Origin: Mobula birostris
Lineage: Eukaryota
DNA: 64,000 nt
Assembly (NCBI RefSeq): GCF_030028105.1
Contig: NC_092377.1
Coordinates: 62,402,569-62,466,568 of the forward strand
Direction: 5' to 3'
Position 1 is the first letter of the stretch; the number at the start of each line of letters is the position of its first letter. The translations under genes and the position numbers were made by a program. Under the pieces are notes generated by a model. That model searched no databases, was not told the DNA's origin, and saw nothing but the letters and a program-made list of their open reading frames with translations. Of the stretch, positions 51,255 through 63,043 are shown in pieces.

Positions 51255-51712
51255 GGGGTCATAGTCCCATCAACCCACACCTGGACCATAGCCCTCCATA
51301 CCCATCCCATCCATGTACATATCCAAGTTTCTCTAAAATGTTGAAATTGTACCTGCATCCACCACTTCCGCTGGAACCTAGCTCCACACTCTCACCGTAC
51401 ACTGAGTAAAAAAGTTCCCTTTCAGGTTTCCTTAAGTATTTTATCTTTCACCCTTAACCTATAACCTCAAGATCTACAGTAGTCTCACCCAACCTCAGTG
51501 GAAAAAACTATCTATATCTCACATAATTTTGTATCCCTCTATCAAATTTCCACTCATTCTCCAATGCTCCAGGGAATAAAGTCTTAACCTATTTAACCCT
51601 TCCCAATAACTCAAATCCTCAAATTTATATCCTTGTTATTTTCTCTGTACTCTTTCAATTTTATTGATATCTTTCTGTAGGTAGGTGAAGAGAACTGCAT
51701 ACAATACTCCAT
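51255..51712 (-). mobile_element. CR1 3' fragment
   Basis: Similar to the 3' end of the 20022-21905 element. Confidence 0.7.
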
Positions 51713-51782
51713 TGAATTACTGTTAACATGTCATTGTCATGTGTAAATTGGATGTAACAAAATTACCACACTATGTGGATCA

Positions 51783-52378
51783 ATGGTGACCCAAGTGCAG
51801 CGCACAGACTTAGTGTCCGGTGAGACGAAGGAGAATTCCAGCCAGGAAGCACCCCACAGAGCTGAAGATCTCTCCGCACTTGAGTCGCCTCAGCACCGAA
51901 CAAAAAACCTAGTGAGTTCCTCTTCGGCTACCCCAATCCATTCGTCAAGGAAAGACAGGATCAGATGGCCTAGATCGTCAGACAACGTCGCCTGGATGCA
52001 GTTTGATGATGATCTAGCCCTGTGGAGATCAGCTGCAGAGGTTTCCCAGCCAAACCAGCATGGCGGTTGTTGTCAGATCTGGGCCTGGACGAAAGGAGCA
52101 AAAAACAAGCAGCTCGTAGGATGGGGGAAGAGGCAGAACGAGCTCCTTGTTGGATTTAGAGTAGGCGAGAGGAGGGGAGCTGGAAGCCAGGAGCAGACGG
52201 GCAGTGATTTGGCCACCACTGCCGGCCCACCAACTGGAGAGTGTCGTGGTTAAGGGTCGAAACACTCAGTGAAAGTTGGGAACCACCTGACGACATCTGC
52301 TCCTGACTGAAGGCTAAGGTTACCTTATAAGGTAACTGGAGAATGCACCCTAACAGGTGTATGTAACAAGTAACAAGT
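51783..52378 (+). mobile_element. Internally deleted Hero/R2-like (RLE-clade) non-LTR retrotransposon
   Basis: N-terminal piece GETKENSSQEAPHRA...RIRWPRSSDNVAWMQFDDDL fused to C-terminal piece PVEISCRGFPA..AWRLLSDLG...EEAERAPCWI*SRR...W; structured 3' UTR; (TAACAAG)n tail. Confidence 0.75.
52188..52305 (+). ncRNA. Hammerhead-ribozyme-like motif in permuted, pseudoknotted order
   Basis: GUC 52243-52245, GAAA 52259-52262, CUGACGA 52287-52293; perfect 6-bp stems I and III plus four more helices. Confidence 0.55.
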
Positions 52379-52687
52379 GACGTACATTAGAAGTTTGCAT
52401 ATTAAAAAGCTTTGTTTGAAACAAAAACCTTTCTTTATGGCACAATTTTCAGAATTACAAATAATCTGAGTTAATCACTTTTCATAACTTTAGGAAACAC
52501 CAGTGTAACAACAATGACATAATTGTCAGGTAAAAATAGATGGCTCAAGATCAAATATTCAAGTAGACGTACTGGCAGACACTAATGAATCAGCATTTCA
52601 CAGAAAGAAATTTGGATTCAAATATTTTGAAGATATTTGAAGGCAATTTTGTTGACAAGTCATGATATAAAGATAATTTTATCTTAC

Positions 52688-52939
52688 TTTAATTGTAGCA
52701 TCTTTAGCAGAAGTTTCATGTTTTTCACTTCCAAAGGTAATTTTCTTTGTATGCCCTTTATGTACTTTAATGGCATCAAAATGTGCAGTCAATGATTTTG
52801 TTTCTGGAATGGGCATGCTTACACCTGATATTCCTGTAAAATCTGGAGGCTCCCTGGTTGATGTATCAGGCTCTGCAGATGTATTTTTGTGTTTCACATT
52901 ACCAGTTGATCTTGTTGCTCCTAATTTCACTTTGGACAT
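52688..52939 (-). CDS. Uncharacterised coiled-coil protein, coding exon 1 (ATG 52939; exon probably starts 53018)
   Basis: aacATG MSKVKLGATRS...SAKDATIK|gtaaga; 84 codons, phase 0. Confidence 0.75.
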
Positions 52940-54439
52940 GTTCAATTTAATGTTAGATATTTATTCACAAATTGCAAAATTAATACCATCAGTCAAGGTC
53001 CTTCTTTGTTGCTTCTTCCTAGTTTGCAAAAGATTCAACACAATAGACAATAAAAATAATGCATTATTCCCTGATTTTAACTTGATTTCTCATGATTAAT
53101 AAATTATGAAGCATGATCAAAATACACATGGGCTGTTTTGAGACCACGCAAACAAAATTAACTTCTAAACTTGGGAAATAGTGTAGACAAAGCTTCTGTA
53201 ATACTTTAATTTCATTCAATGAACATATTATCCCAATATTCAGTTCAGATGAGAGGTCATGGCAGTAAGTGACCTTTTTTTAAAAACAATTAGCAAAGCT
53301 GCCATAATTATCAAGTCACTTATAAGAAATAAGTATGCTCATCTAATTTCCAAGGGATAACAGGGAAAAATATTATTTCATTTTGCAGATGCCATCATTC
53401 AAATCATCAAAGCAAGTGGTGAAGAGCAATGATTTGAGATTAGGGTGGAGTCAACGTAAAACATCTATTAATTGGTGCTGAGAACTAAACGTAGGAAAAT
53501 AAGAGCAGAAGTAGGCCTCTTTCAAGCCTGTCCCATCATTCAATATGACCATGGCTGATCTCTCTTGGGTTTAACTCTTCTGTGCTACTTCCCCATAACC
53601 CTCAATTCTTCAATAGATGTGGGTGATGAATCTACAAGCTATTTGAGGGGTATAGTCTAACATTAGAGGCTATCATTGCCTGTGGCATGATTGCTAAGAA
53701 TATCTTTTTTTTAAATTCTGCATAATTTAAATAAAAAGCTTTGTTTGTTTAGGAACCTAAAAGTTTGGTTGTGAAAAGTTAATTATGTCAATAAAACACA
53801 AGGAGGAGTAGGCTTCTAGAGGCTGCAATGCCATTCAACATTATCATGATTAATCATTGGAGTCAGTGGTGCTTTCTTGTACTCTTCATACCCCTTGATT
53901 CTGAAGGCCTCATAAGTGCAAGTGTCCACAGACCAACAGAGTGAGAGTGTGATGGCGAATTCAAGTGACAGGTAGCATTAAGTTCAGGGTTACCAGGACA
54001 AATGTTGCGTCACTTGAGGGAAAGCACCTGAAGATGGATGGAGGTTTGAATTGGAATGGAAGTGTGGGAATATCCTTTCATCTTTTTTCCTTCCCACTAT
54101 CCAGGAATCCGAACAGACTCCCCAGATGAAGCAATTCACTTGCACTTCCTTCTATTTTGTGTATTGTATTCAGTATGCATAATATAGTTTCCTTTACAAT
54201 GGAGAGCACAGATTGGGTGATCAGCTTTTAGAGCACTTGTGTTCTGATAATCTGATTACTTTGTCTGTATCAGTTGACCATCCGTGATTTTGGCCCAGTC
54301 TGTGACGACACCCGCCCAGCCTAACACTTTTTTTTCTGGAGGAAGAGCAAATAACTGGCCTGACCTGCCAATTATGTCTTCCTGCTATGCAACTCACAAC
54401 TCCTACATTCTTCATTCCAGATTATCATTCTCTAACTGC

Positions 54440-54900
54440 TACCAAAGACTGGATAGTCCAGGGCTGTTTTCCCTGGAGCAGAGACTTGATGCGCTGCTTT
54501 CCTTGGGAAGAGGGAAGCTGAGGGATAACCTTATAAGAGGTTTATAAAGTCATAATGGACATAGATAAATTGGGTGACTAAAGTTCCCCCCCCCCCCCAG
54601 GAGTTTTAAAACAGGAAGACGTAGGTTTAAGCTGAGAAGGGAAAGATTTAAAGGGGAACAGAAGGATTTTCCCCTCACAATGGGGGTCACAGGTATGTGG
54701 AACGAACAAAGGAAGTGGTTGGTCGTGGTAGGTAAAATTACAACATGTAAAACACACTGAGAAGAACGTGGATAGGAAATCTTAGATGGATACAGGCCAA
54801 ATATAGGCTAATGGGACTGGTCGGAAAGCTCTTCAGTCGGCATTGATGAAATGGCCCGGAGGTTTGTTTCCATGTTGTGTAACTCTGTGGCTCTATTCTC
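54440..54900 (+). mobile_element. Old CR1 3' fragment
   Basis: GLFSLEQR...LRDNLI; CR1-type 3' UTR. Confidence 0.7.
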
Positions 54901-55435
54901 TCATTGACAAATTAATCCTGTTTACAGCACATCTCCATGTTCCCTTGGGCTTTTACCTCATTAGAGATATTTTCCTCCCCTTCTCCATCCTGTTTAACGA
55001 TTTCCTTCCCACTATTGACGAAGTATCTTCGCCTTGAAAGGGAGACTATGTTTCTCTTCCCACGAATGCGACCTGACCTACTATTTCCAACATTTTCTGC
55101 TTTTATTCTGAGATTTCTAGTATTTACAGTCTTTTCTGCTTTTCATTCAGTGATGCCCTTCACTTCCGCATCGCTGCCAAGTTCATGCGCACGCGCAGTC
55201 TTAGCACCCGTTACTACCACCGCAACATGTGAAGCACATCAAGTTTTAAAAGACACAGGGGAAAGAAAAAGCAACACCGTTTTATGTTGAAAAATTACCA
55301 TTTCTTAGCGTGGACTAATGTCGTTAGTAAAAATCTGAATACATAAAACCAGAAAATCTTAATGTTAATAAGGGAATACCAAAAGACAAAATGCTGGAGA
55401 TGTTTGTAAGAAGGTGGCGATTAACAACTGACTGG

Positions 55436-55777
55436 GTAACGGGGTGGAGTACCAAAGGCGGTGTAAGGCGCCCCTTCCCTCCGCTCGCCTGCAGGCCACC
55501 CTTGGGCAAGGCGCAGCACCTGCTTAGCCCCCCAGTCAGGGTCATATGAAGTATTGGGGGCAGGTGGTGTATGGTCCTGGTTATGTGACCACTGGCGCCA
55601 GACAATTTCTGACCGCTGGTGGGGGGGGGGGGGTCACCCGTCTATTAAAGAAACTGCCCAAAAGAAAGCATTGGTAAATCACTTCTGCAGAAAAATCTGC
55701 CAAGAACAACCATGATTAAAGACAAATGATCACCCACGGTTATACGACGCGGCAAATAACGATGATGATGATGATGA
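55436..55777 (+). mobile_element. RTE-associated SINE-like element
   Basis: RTE/Bov-B-like gaaagcattggtaaatcacttc motif and (GAT)n tail. Confidence 0.6.
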
Positions 55778-55873
55778 CAAGTTAATTACAACTCTAAAAG
55801 GGTCCTTGCATAGTTCGCTTTAGAGATTCCCCAAAGCCTGGAGTCGCATTGAAGGGCTTTTGAGATCATTTAC

Positions 55874-56600
55874 CTGTTTACTCCTTAAAATACTGGCAGC
55901 TCAGTACACCTTGAGAACTTTCTGAGAGACAGACCCCCCCAATCAGAACAACTGACTGAAACCTCCTTTTATAACCACGGCCTTCTTTTCCGCATTGAGC
56001 TCCTCTCACAGTGCGGTTGCCTAGTTACCCGAACGCCGACCTTGCTGCACTGCGGCTCCGGTCCGCAGAGCCAAGGGGAAGCTGAATACTGCGACGCGTA
56101 AAACCAGACGCCTTCGCTGCCAATCAACCGCCGGCCCAAAAGCCCCGCCCGCAAACTGGCGCGCCAATTGGACCAATGTCGGCCCCCGTTCGTAGAGCTT
56201 CCGGCCCCTTCCCGTTGCCAGGGTGAATCTTGCCTTTGATTGGTTGCTCGGTATGCCAATCAGAAGGGCAAGTTTGGCCCTCCTGCGCTTGTTCGTCCGG
56301 GCGGTTGATCTGATCCATGTTTGGTGCAGGCATTGTGGAGTAATGGCTGGAACTGGGTAGCAATACAAGGAAGATACGCTTTTTAAAAAAAACATTAAAG
56401 AAACAGCACTGCGAATTTAGAGGATGTAGTTTTGCGGTGGTATGTAGTTGGCGTATTTGCTGCAGTTCGAGCAGAAGGAACAGGGAGAAACCACCGATTG
56501 GCTTCACAGCCGCCGCTGTGAGTTGGTGCTGTTGAGGTGGAGGAGAGAACACGATGTCGTTTGGCTATACTAGACAAGTAGTTTTGAGTGAAGTGGATTG
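55874..56600. promoter_or_regulatory. Bidirectional CpG-rich promoter of the coiled-coil gene (minus) and SANBR (plus), with probable non-coding first exons
   Basis: CpG-rich; CCAAT/ATTGG at 56120, 56164-56171, 56173, 56239, 56256; GC box 56142-56150; ETS CTTCCGG 56198; X-box-like 56016 and 56214; minus-strand donor cag|gtaaat at 55873. Confidence 0.75.
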
Positions 56601-58794
56601 TACCGTTCAAGTTTAAATTCTGTGTTATCACTCGTCTGTCGACGTCTGTAAGGAGTCTCAATGGAACCACGGCAATTCAGTCTTCTAGTTTAAATCGTAT
56701 TGAGAGTGTCAGCCCCTCTGACAGTGCAGTCCTTCAGTCTACCGGCGGTAGCTCGGGTTAGTGTAAATATGGCAATGCTTTATTATTTATGGCCCAGTGG
56801 CCCATATGATTGTGGAGCACCCGAATATATGGATATATAATTATTCATGTATTTTAAGCGTGACAGAAAGCACATTTATTGTTAAAGGCACGAGTTTAAA
56901 ATAGGATTTAGTGTACATATAATCCTTGAGCATAGGTTTCTGAGAACAGGACATTTCTCCTAATCCAATTTGTACTGTTCTTTGGCCCCTATTTAAGTAA
57001 ATTTACAACTAAGGATGTATTCGATCTCAGTTTGTATTTTAACGGGAAAGCATAGTGAAAATCGTATTTTGTTACTTATTCTGGGACGTACTCATAATGT
57101 ATCATTTTTCCTAGATTATTGATATAATGGAATGACTTGCAGATTGCGTCACAGGATAGTTCTGTGCTAATTACATTGAAGTGGGACTGAAGTCACATTC
57201 AGACGGTCCTAATAAGGAATTGTAGATTTCCACCTCTGAAGGATGTTATAATTTTTATTTATAGAGCACCTACAATCTGGTAGAATGTCAAGGTGTTTTG
57301 CAAGAACATGTTATTTATCAAAATTTGGCACAAGCAATTAGACAGTATTAAGACAAATGACCAAAGCTTAGACACAAAGGCATGTTTCAAAGGAAGGGAA
57401 GTGTAGACGATTTGGAAGAGTTTAGCGTCTTGCAGCTGAAAGCAAAACTCAATCATAGAGAGATTTAAAATCAGGCGTAACAGAAAGGCCAGAATATGAA
57501 GAGTACAGCTTTCATTCAGGGTTGTAGTCCAGTGATCACATGAAACAACATGCATTAATACAAAATTTAGAACGTTTAAACAATATTTGCTCTATAATTT
57601 CCCCATTTTCTATTGATAGTGTAGCATATTGCAGCACTTTTGTATGTTGCAAATTGATGTTTACTTAAGATAATATGTAGACAAAGCATTTGTGATTTAA
57701 AAATCTATTAGAAGAACAGTTAAAGCCATAGAAAGTTTAGATAACTTGCCAAGGAAGGATAACAGGAAAGTCTTGAGAGAGAACTGTGTAATTCCACACC
57801 ACAGTTATGGCTGTGCCAAGGTTTTCTGTTTACTCCCACAGCCTAATCCTGCAAGTTAGTTCTAATCATGGAGTGTCCAATTGCCTTTTCAAATTTCCTA
57901 CAATATCTGATTTGGTACATTGCCAAACATAACTACCCTTCATTGTGAATAATCTCTCATTTTCTTTTTGAGTTCTTTTATATTTAAAATATAGCATATT
58001 CAAGTTTAATGAATTTAAATAACAAACTTTTAAAATATTTAAAATCATTTGACTTTCTTTATCATCTCACTGCCAAAGAAAAAAAAGTCCCTACTTTTCT
58101 GTGTCAAAACATAATTTTGGTGTTCCCACTAATCTTTTACAAATCATTGAGGTAGTCACTAGGTGACTGGGTTCTGTCTGCTTTAAAAGCAGAGGAACAG
58201 AAATGCTCTTAGAGTCTTGACCCAGTTTTACTTTTCGGTGAGTTCATGTCCAATCTGTAACTTGCTCTTCCCTCCATATTCTGTCATTACTTCTGACTAG
58301 CAAGAATTTGATTATAATTTTAAAAAACTGCCTTTTTTTGAAAACTGTAGCACCTTCTGCATGTAAAATTGCTTCTCATCTTTGTTCTTCAAAGGCCTGA
58401 CTAATTTTTAGGTAATGGCCTCAAATTGTAGCCTACACAATTAGCAGAAGTAGCTACTTTTCCTAAAATTCACCTGCATTTTGGAACCTTTCAAATTCCA
58501 AAGAATGCAACCCTGTTTTTTTTATATATAGACTGTGCTTGTACTTTGACTTTTGAGGTCCATGAATCACTTTGATAATTTATGCTGCACTCCATCCCAG
58601 ATTATATCACTAAGTTTTAGCATGACTTGTATTTATTTTCTATGCTTCTTCCCTGTAACACCAAATGTTTCATGTGTATGGTTTCTTTAAAACTTCTAAC
58701 AAACTTTTCTCAGCATGTTCAAAAATTTGTATTTGCTTTTTCAGGCCCCTTTGCTATTGCATCAGAATTCCCTCAAAATAATGTTAGATTATTC

Positions 58795-58868
58795 TGCCTA
58801 TCCACATTGTTTCTCCCTAATTATTTCACTGGATTGAAGTAATTTGGAAGAAACAATGTGGATAGGCA
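58795..58868. repeat. Near-perfect inverted repeat (34-bp arms, 6-nt loop)
   Basis: 31/34 arm identity; outer 20 bp perfect. Confidence 0.92.
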
Positions 58869-60882
58869 ATGGTCCTTCCCATCTCAACTGTCTAAATCAT
58901 TGTTATTATTGCTACTAAGATTTGAATCATTTGCAAACTTCAGAAATGGCTGTCCAGTGTCCCAACTCCAGATCTTTAGTATGAAGCTAGAAAAACAATA
59001 GTGACTTTACCAATTTTGGGACACTGTACTTGTTTCCAATAAGAAATTCAGTGTCCGGTCCTGTCCCTTGCCTAATCAATATATTCATGTTACTAGTCCC
59101 TTTGATACCATGCACTCATATTTTCTCTATAGATCTATTATCGGATTACTTATCAAATGCCTTTTGAAACATTTGCTCATAAGCTTCCATTGATGTGCAG
59201 GTTTCTTCCATAGCAGCAAAGGCCAAAGAGGAATTAAAATAACTTGCTGAGGGAGTTAATAGAAAATAACTCTTTCATTTGGAAATTACTTTATGAAAGA
59301 ATGAGGAGATTAGCTAGAAAAGCTATGTTGTTAGGAAATGAAATACATGGCATAGGGATGGATGAGGTATGGGGGAAAGTGGGCAGATCTTGAATGCAAG
59401 AAAGATACATGGCCTTCAGAAGAGAATTTATAGTGGGATTAGTTATTAATTTCTTATCCAGAAATCTCATTCCTAAGTTTGTCATCCAGAACTGCTGGCA
59501 GTGTCATAACTTGCACCAAGTTGTGTTCATGCAACATCTCCTGGATACTGACCTTGATGGACTCTGGCTTAAAGATTCCCTTTTAAATTTGCACCTTTGT
59601 TTTCAGATCCTCTTTTGCCTTCTTTCACTCTACCTCTTTAATTACCCATGGCCCTATATCCCTTTGAAATCTCTGTTTTTGTTCAGGTACTGCTGCCACA
59701 ATCATGTAACAGTGCATTTTGGTTAAAGAGGTTAGTAATTTCAAGTTTGTTTTATAATTGATTATAAGTATGTATTGGCAGCAAAATTGTTAAATACTGA
59801 TCTGCTCATTTGCCTGCAATGTCAATATAGACGTTTTGCTGTATTATATATCATGAATGAGTGAGCCAATAACACTCAAAGCAGCCAAGGGATCACACTT
59901 GAGAAACAAGAATTATGGACACTGATAAAATAAATTAAGGTTATAGTAATTATAGAGGGTAAAAGTGTGTTGCACCATGGCAATTCCGCATCTAGGCTGC
60001 CTTTTGAGAAGTGTAGCCATCATCAAATTAATTACAAAGGAACTTTTATTTCCTTGTTATACTAGTTTGTGTAGGGAGTTTTACTCTAGGAAGTAATGGT
60101 GTTGCTTATTAATAGGAATTCTTACCATTTTACATCTCTTTATTTAATTTCTTTTACAATTGGGATAGGATAGGAAATAAATATGTGCTAAATGAGGGCA
60201 AATGTGACTAGCTTAGGTAGGCATCTTGATCAAGATGAACCAGCTGGGCCAAGGGGCCTGTGCCCATGCTAAATGATATTAAAAATCCTTTTACTAGGAA
60301 TTTAATTTTTTTTAATCTGCTGTCAAAGGCCAGTACTTATTATCTATCCCCAAGTGTCCCTTGAACCAATTGCCATGCTGGACCATTTCAAAAAGGTGGT
60401 TTACGTAACTCTGGGTCTGAAAAAGCATTATAGGTGAACCTGAGTGTGGATATCAGATTTCATTTCCAGAAGGTTGTCCCATTATTAATACTAACTTTCT
60501 TAATTTAATTAATATTCCCCAGCTTTCTTCAATGATGGAGTTTGAATATCTTCCTAGATCAATTGCTGTTTTGCTGTGTGTCCAGTATACCGGTGATATG
60601 TTTTCAAACAACAGTGGTTTACTTTGTTTCTCTCATGTATGTTTAGAATATTATTAGCACTCTATAAATTACAAATATACTTGAATCTAGCAACATAAAT
60701 TTTAATTTTGTGCAGTACCTAATTGTCTAGCAACCACCTCTGTGCACATATAACTGGCTATGCTAAATTAACTAAAAATACAAATCCAGCTGGGTCTACC
60801 TACAATAACTCATAATGCTACTTTTAGTATATAATTATTTTTAACTAAGTTGCTACTTTTTCTCAGTTTAGTAGAAAACAGG

Positions 60883-61034
60883 ATGAGTCATGCGAGTTCA
60901 GTAAATACCCCATTTCTTTATGAGAAGCAAGGATTGGTGCTGGACATGATTCTCCGCTCTATGTTAGGAGTAGCCCAGCCTATCACCTGGGAAGGAGTAG
61001 CTAAACTCTCATACCAGGAGTCACAGCCAAACAG
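60883..61034 (+). CDS. SANBR: SANBR (KIAA1841) first coding exon, with an apparent 2-bp insertion at ~61006-61010
   Basis: MSHASSVNTPFLYEKQGLVLDMILRSMLGVAQPITWEGVAKL/IPGVTAKQ matches recalled human [33 protein letters not shown]; acceptor ends 60866, donor at 61035. Confidence 0.9.
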
Positions 61035-62862
61035 GTATTGTAAGTTACCATTTTGCCTTTTGAGGTATAAGAACAATTTTTACCTCTTCCAGGGATAAAA
61101 ATTCTCATTTTTACTTCTGCAGTCAAGAGTAATGTTACATTATCAGCCAGCCATTTTATTGTTAGGACATTGACTGTTGAGCTCAAAGTCTAGTAGTCTG
61201 ATAGACTGGTATCTCAAAAATACCAGACCAAAAATATCCTTAATGTAATGAAATTTAAATTAATTTGATTTAGATTGACTTTTCCATAAGTATTTCTGAT
61301 TTATAAAATATTTTAACACCCAACTAACAAAGTAGGTTATTACATGTTATTTTATTAATAATTTCCTATTAGCCAAAAATTGTTTGTTAGAGACCTAGTC
61401 AATTCCTGAAAGGTTTTCTTACTTTTTTTTAAACTATGCCTATAACATCTATAAAACTTGTATAGAAGGATATTCTAGTTGTTCATTATAAACTTAATAT
61501 CACTGTTATAAAATACAGGAGATTTGTACTGCGAAGTTTTGGTAACTTATTGCACTGAGCAATGATTTTTTTTTTAACCAAAAAGGCACCGCAGTTAAAC
61601 TTTAAATAACAAATAAATCTGGTGGAATGGTTTTGAAAAGTTCTTAGTTCACAATTGCAGGAATATTAATGTTAATATTTAAGAAATAGTGTAACATGAG
61701 ACTATCTTACTAAATTAACAATGGGAATTGAAAATGTGAACTGGTTTGTAGAAAGCATTGGAAAGTAATCAAGACCAGCTATAATTCAGATACATTTTGC
61801 TTAGACTTCTATATTGATTTTATAGTGTCATTTAGAAGAATGAAATTTATGTCATTTATCTTGGCTTGTGTCAGCAGTGTAACTTCTATGGTATATTTCT
61901 TGTATATTGATTAGATTTTCTTGTATTTCTGTTAAATATTTCGGTGTTTAATGAAGAACAACCTGATTGTCTCATCGTAGGAATTTCCAGCTGTTAACTC
62001 TTCCAGGGATAAGAAGATCATATTGGTGAAAAATAATTGATCTATTCTTTAAAGGGTAATAGTTTACATGAGAGGTTCCGAGTCACTTTTGTTATAGATC
62101 CAAGATGAATTGTATTATCTTAAGGAGTAAAATAATAGAACTAATTTCTATTATAATAAAGAACTGACCAGAGAATTAAATATTAATAAATGTGCAGAAA
62201 TAACCAAATATTTGAAGATTCAGCTTAAATCTATGTAATTAGGTCAATACTGTGTGCCTAATATGAGGCAGTACTTCTCATGCAAAGTTAATGTGTAGGA
62301 AAAGTAAATGGAAATTGGTTGGGTATCCAACACAGAAAGTCTTTTGTATTAGGGAAATGAGTATCTCATTAATTAAAAAAAACAAAGTGAACTATTATAA
62401 TAAAGTGGGAAGAATGAGATTTGAAATATGCTAAAATTATTAAGGGTTGGTATTAATGATAACAGTTTACTAGAATTGAAAGATTTAAAATGTGACAACA
62501 CTTTTATAATATTAAGAAAGGGATATTGAAGACAGAACAGGATAAATTATCTCTTGACTGATTTGTGATGTTGTGCAATACACTGTTGAAGTTAGTGATT
62601 TAAGCAAAGATATACCAGTTGTTAAGATTGGCTTAGGTGATTGAAGGAGAGGGTTATAAAGGAAAATATGGCAAGAATGGACATGTAAAACTGCATTTGT
62701 GTTAATGTGAGGGATGATCCTTTATTCAAAATCATTGGGCAAATGAGCTACTTTATACTCATCGAACAAATTTAATTTCTGAGGGCAGAATCTGAGTTGC
62801 TATAGGGGCACACTGAAATAGCTATGACTTATTTTTGAAGCCAAGGTTTAAATTATTTGCAG

Positions 62863-63043
62863 TGTGCCAAGAGATTTGAAGAGCTGAGAGGCAATGGAAT
62901 CATGCCCCATATTTGTGATGAAAACAAATGTGAAGAGAAGCCATCTAAATCATTGACCACATATATTAAATCATCGCTTTTGGACAATGAAGATGATGAA
63001 AAAACTCGGTTATCTGTAGTGCAGAACAGCACTTCCATATCAG
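62863..63043 (+). CDS. SANBR: SANBR second coding exon; the gene continues beyond the window
   Basis: ttgcag|CAKRFEELRG...LTTYIKSSLLD...|gttagt; matches recalled human CAKRFDELK...LATYIKSSLLD. Confidence 0.92.

Noticed and set aside
51783-52253. 156-aa ORF as a novel protein
   Set aside because: Chimeric read-through of a deleted Hero-type element; the C-terminal homology is in another frame
55450-55525. Possible HDV-like ribozyme in the RTE-type SINE
   Set aside because: I could not assemble a convincing P1/P1.1/P2/P3 nested double pseudoknot
16945-55633. Poly-C/poly-G runs (near 16948, 30275, 54586, 55620)
   Set aside because: Simple homopolymers within TE remnants
55969-56670. Overlapping 91-142 aa minus-strand ORFs
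   Set aside because: GC-rich promoter sequence lacks stops by composition; no protein-like character
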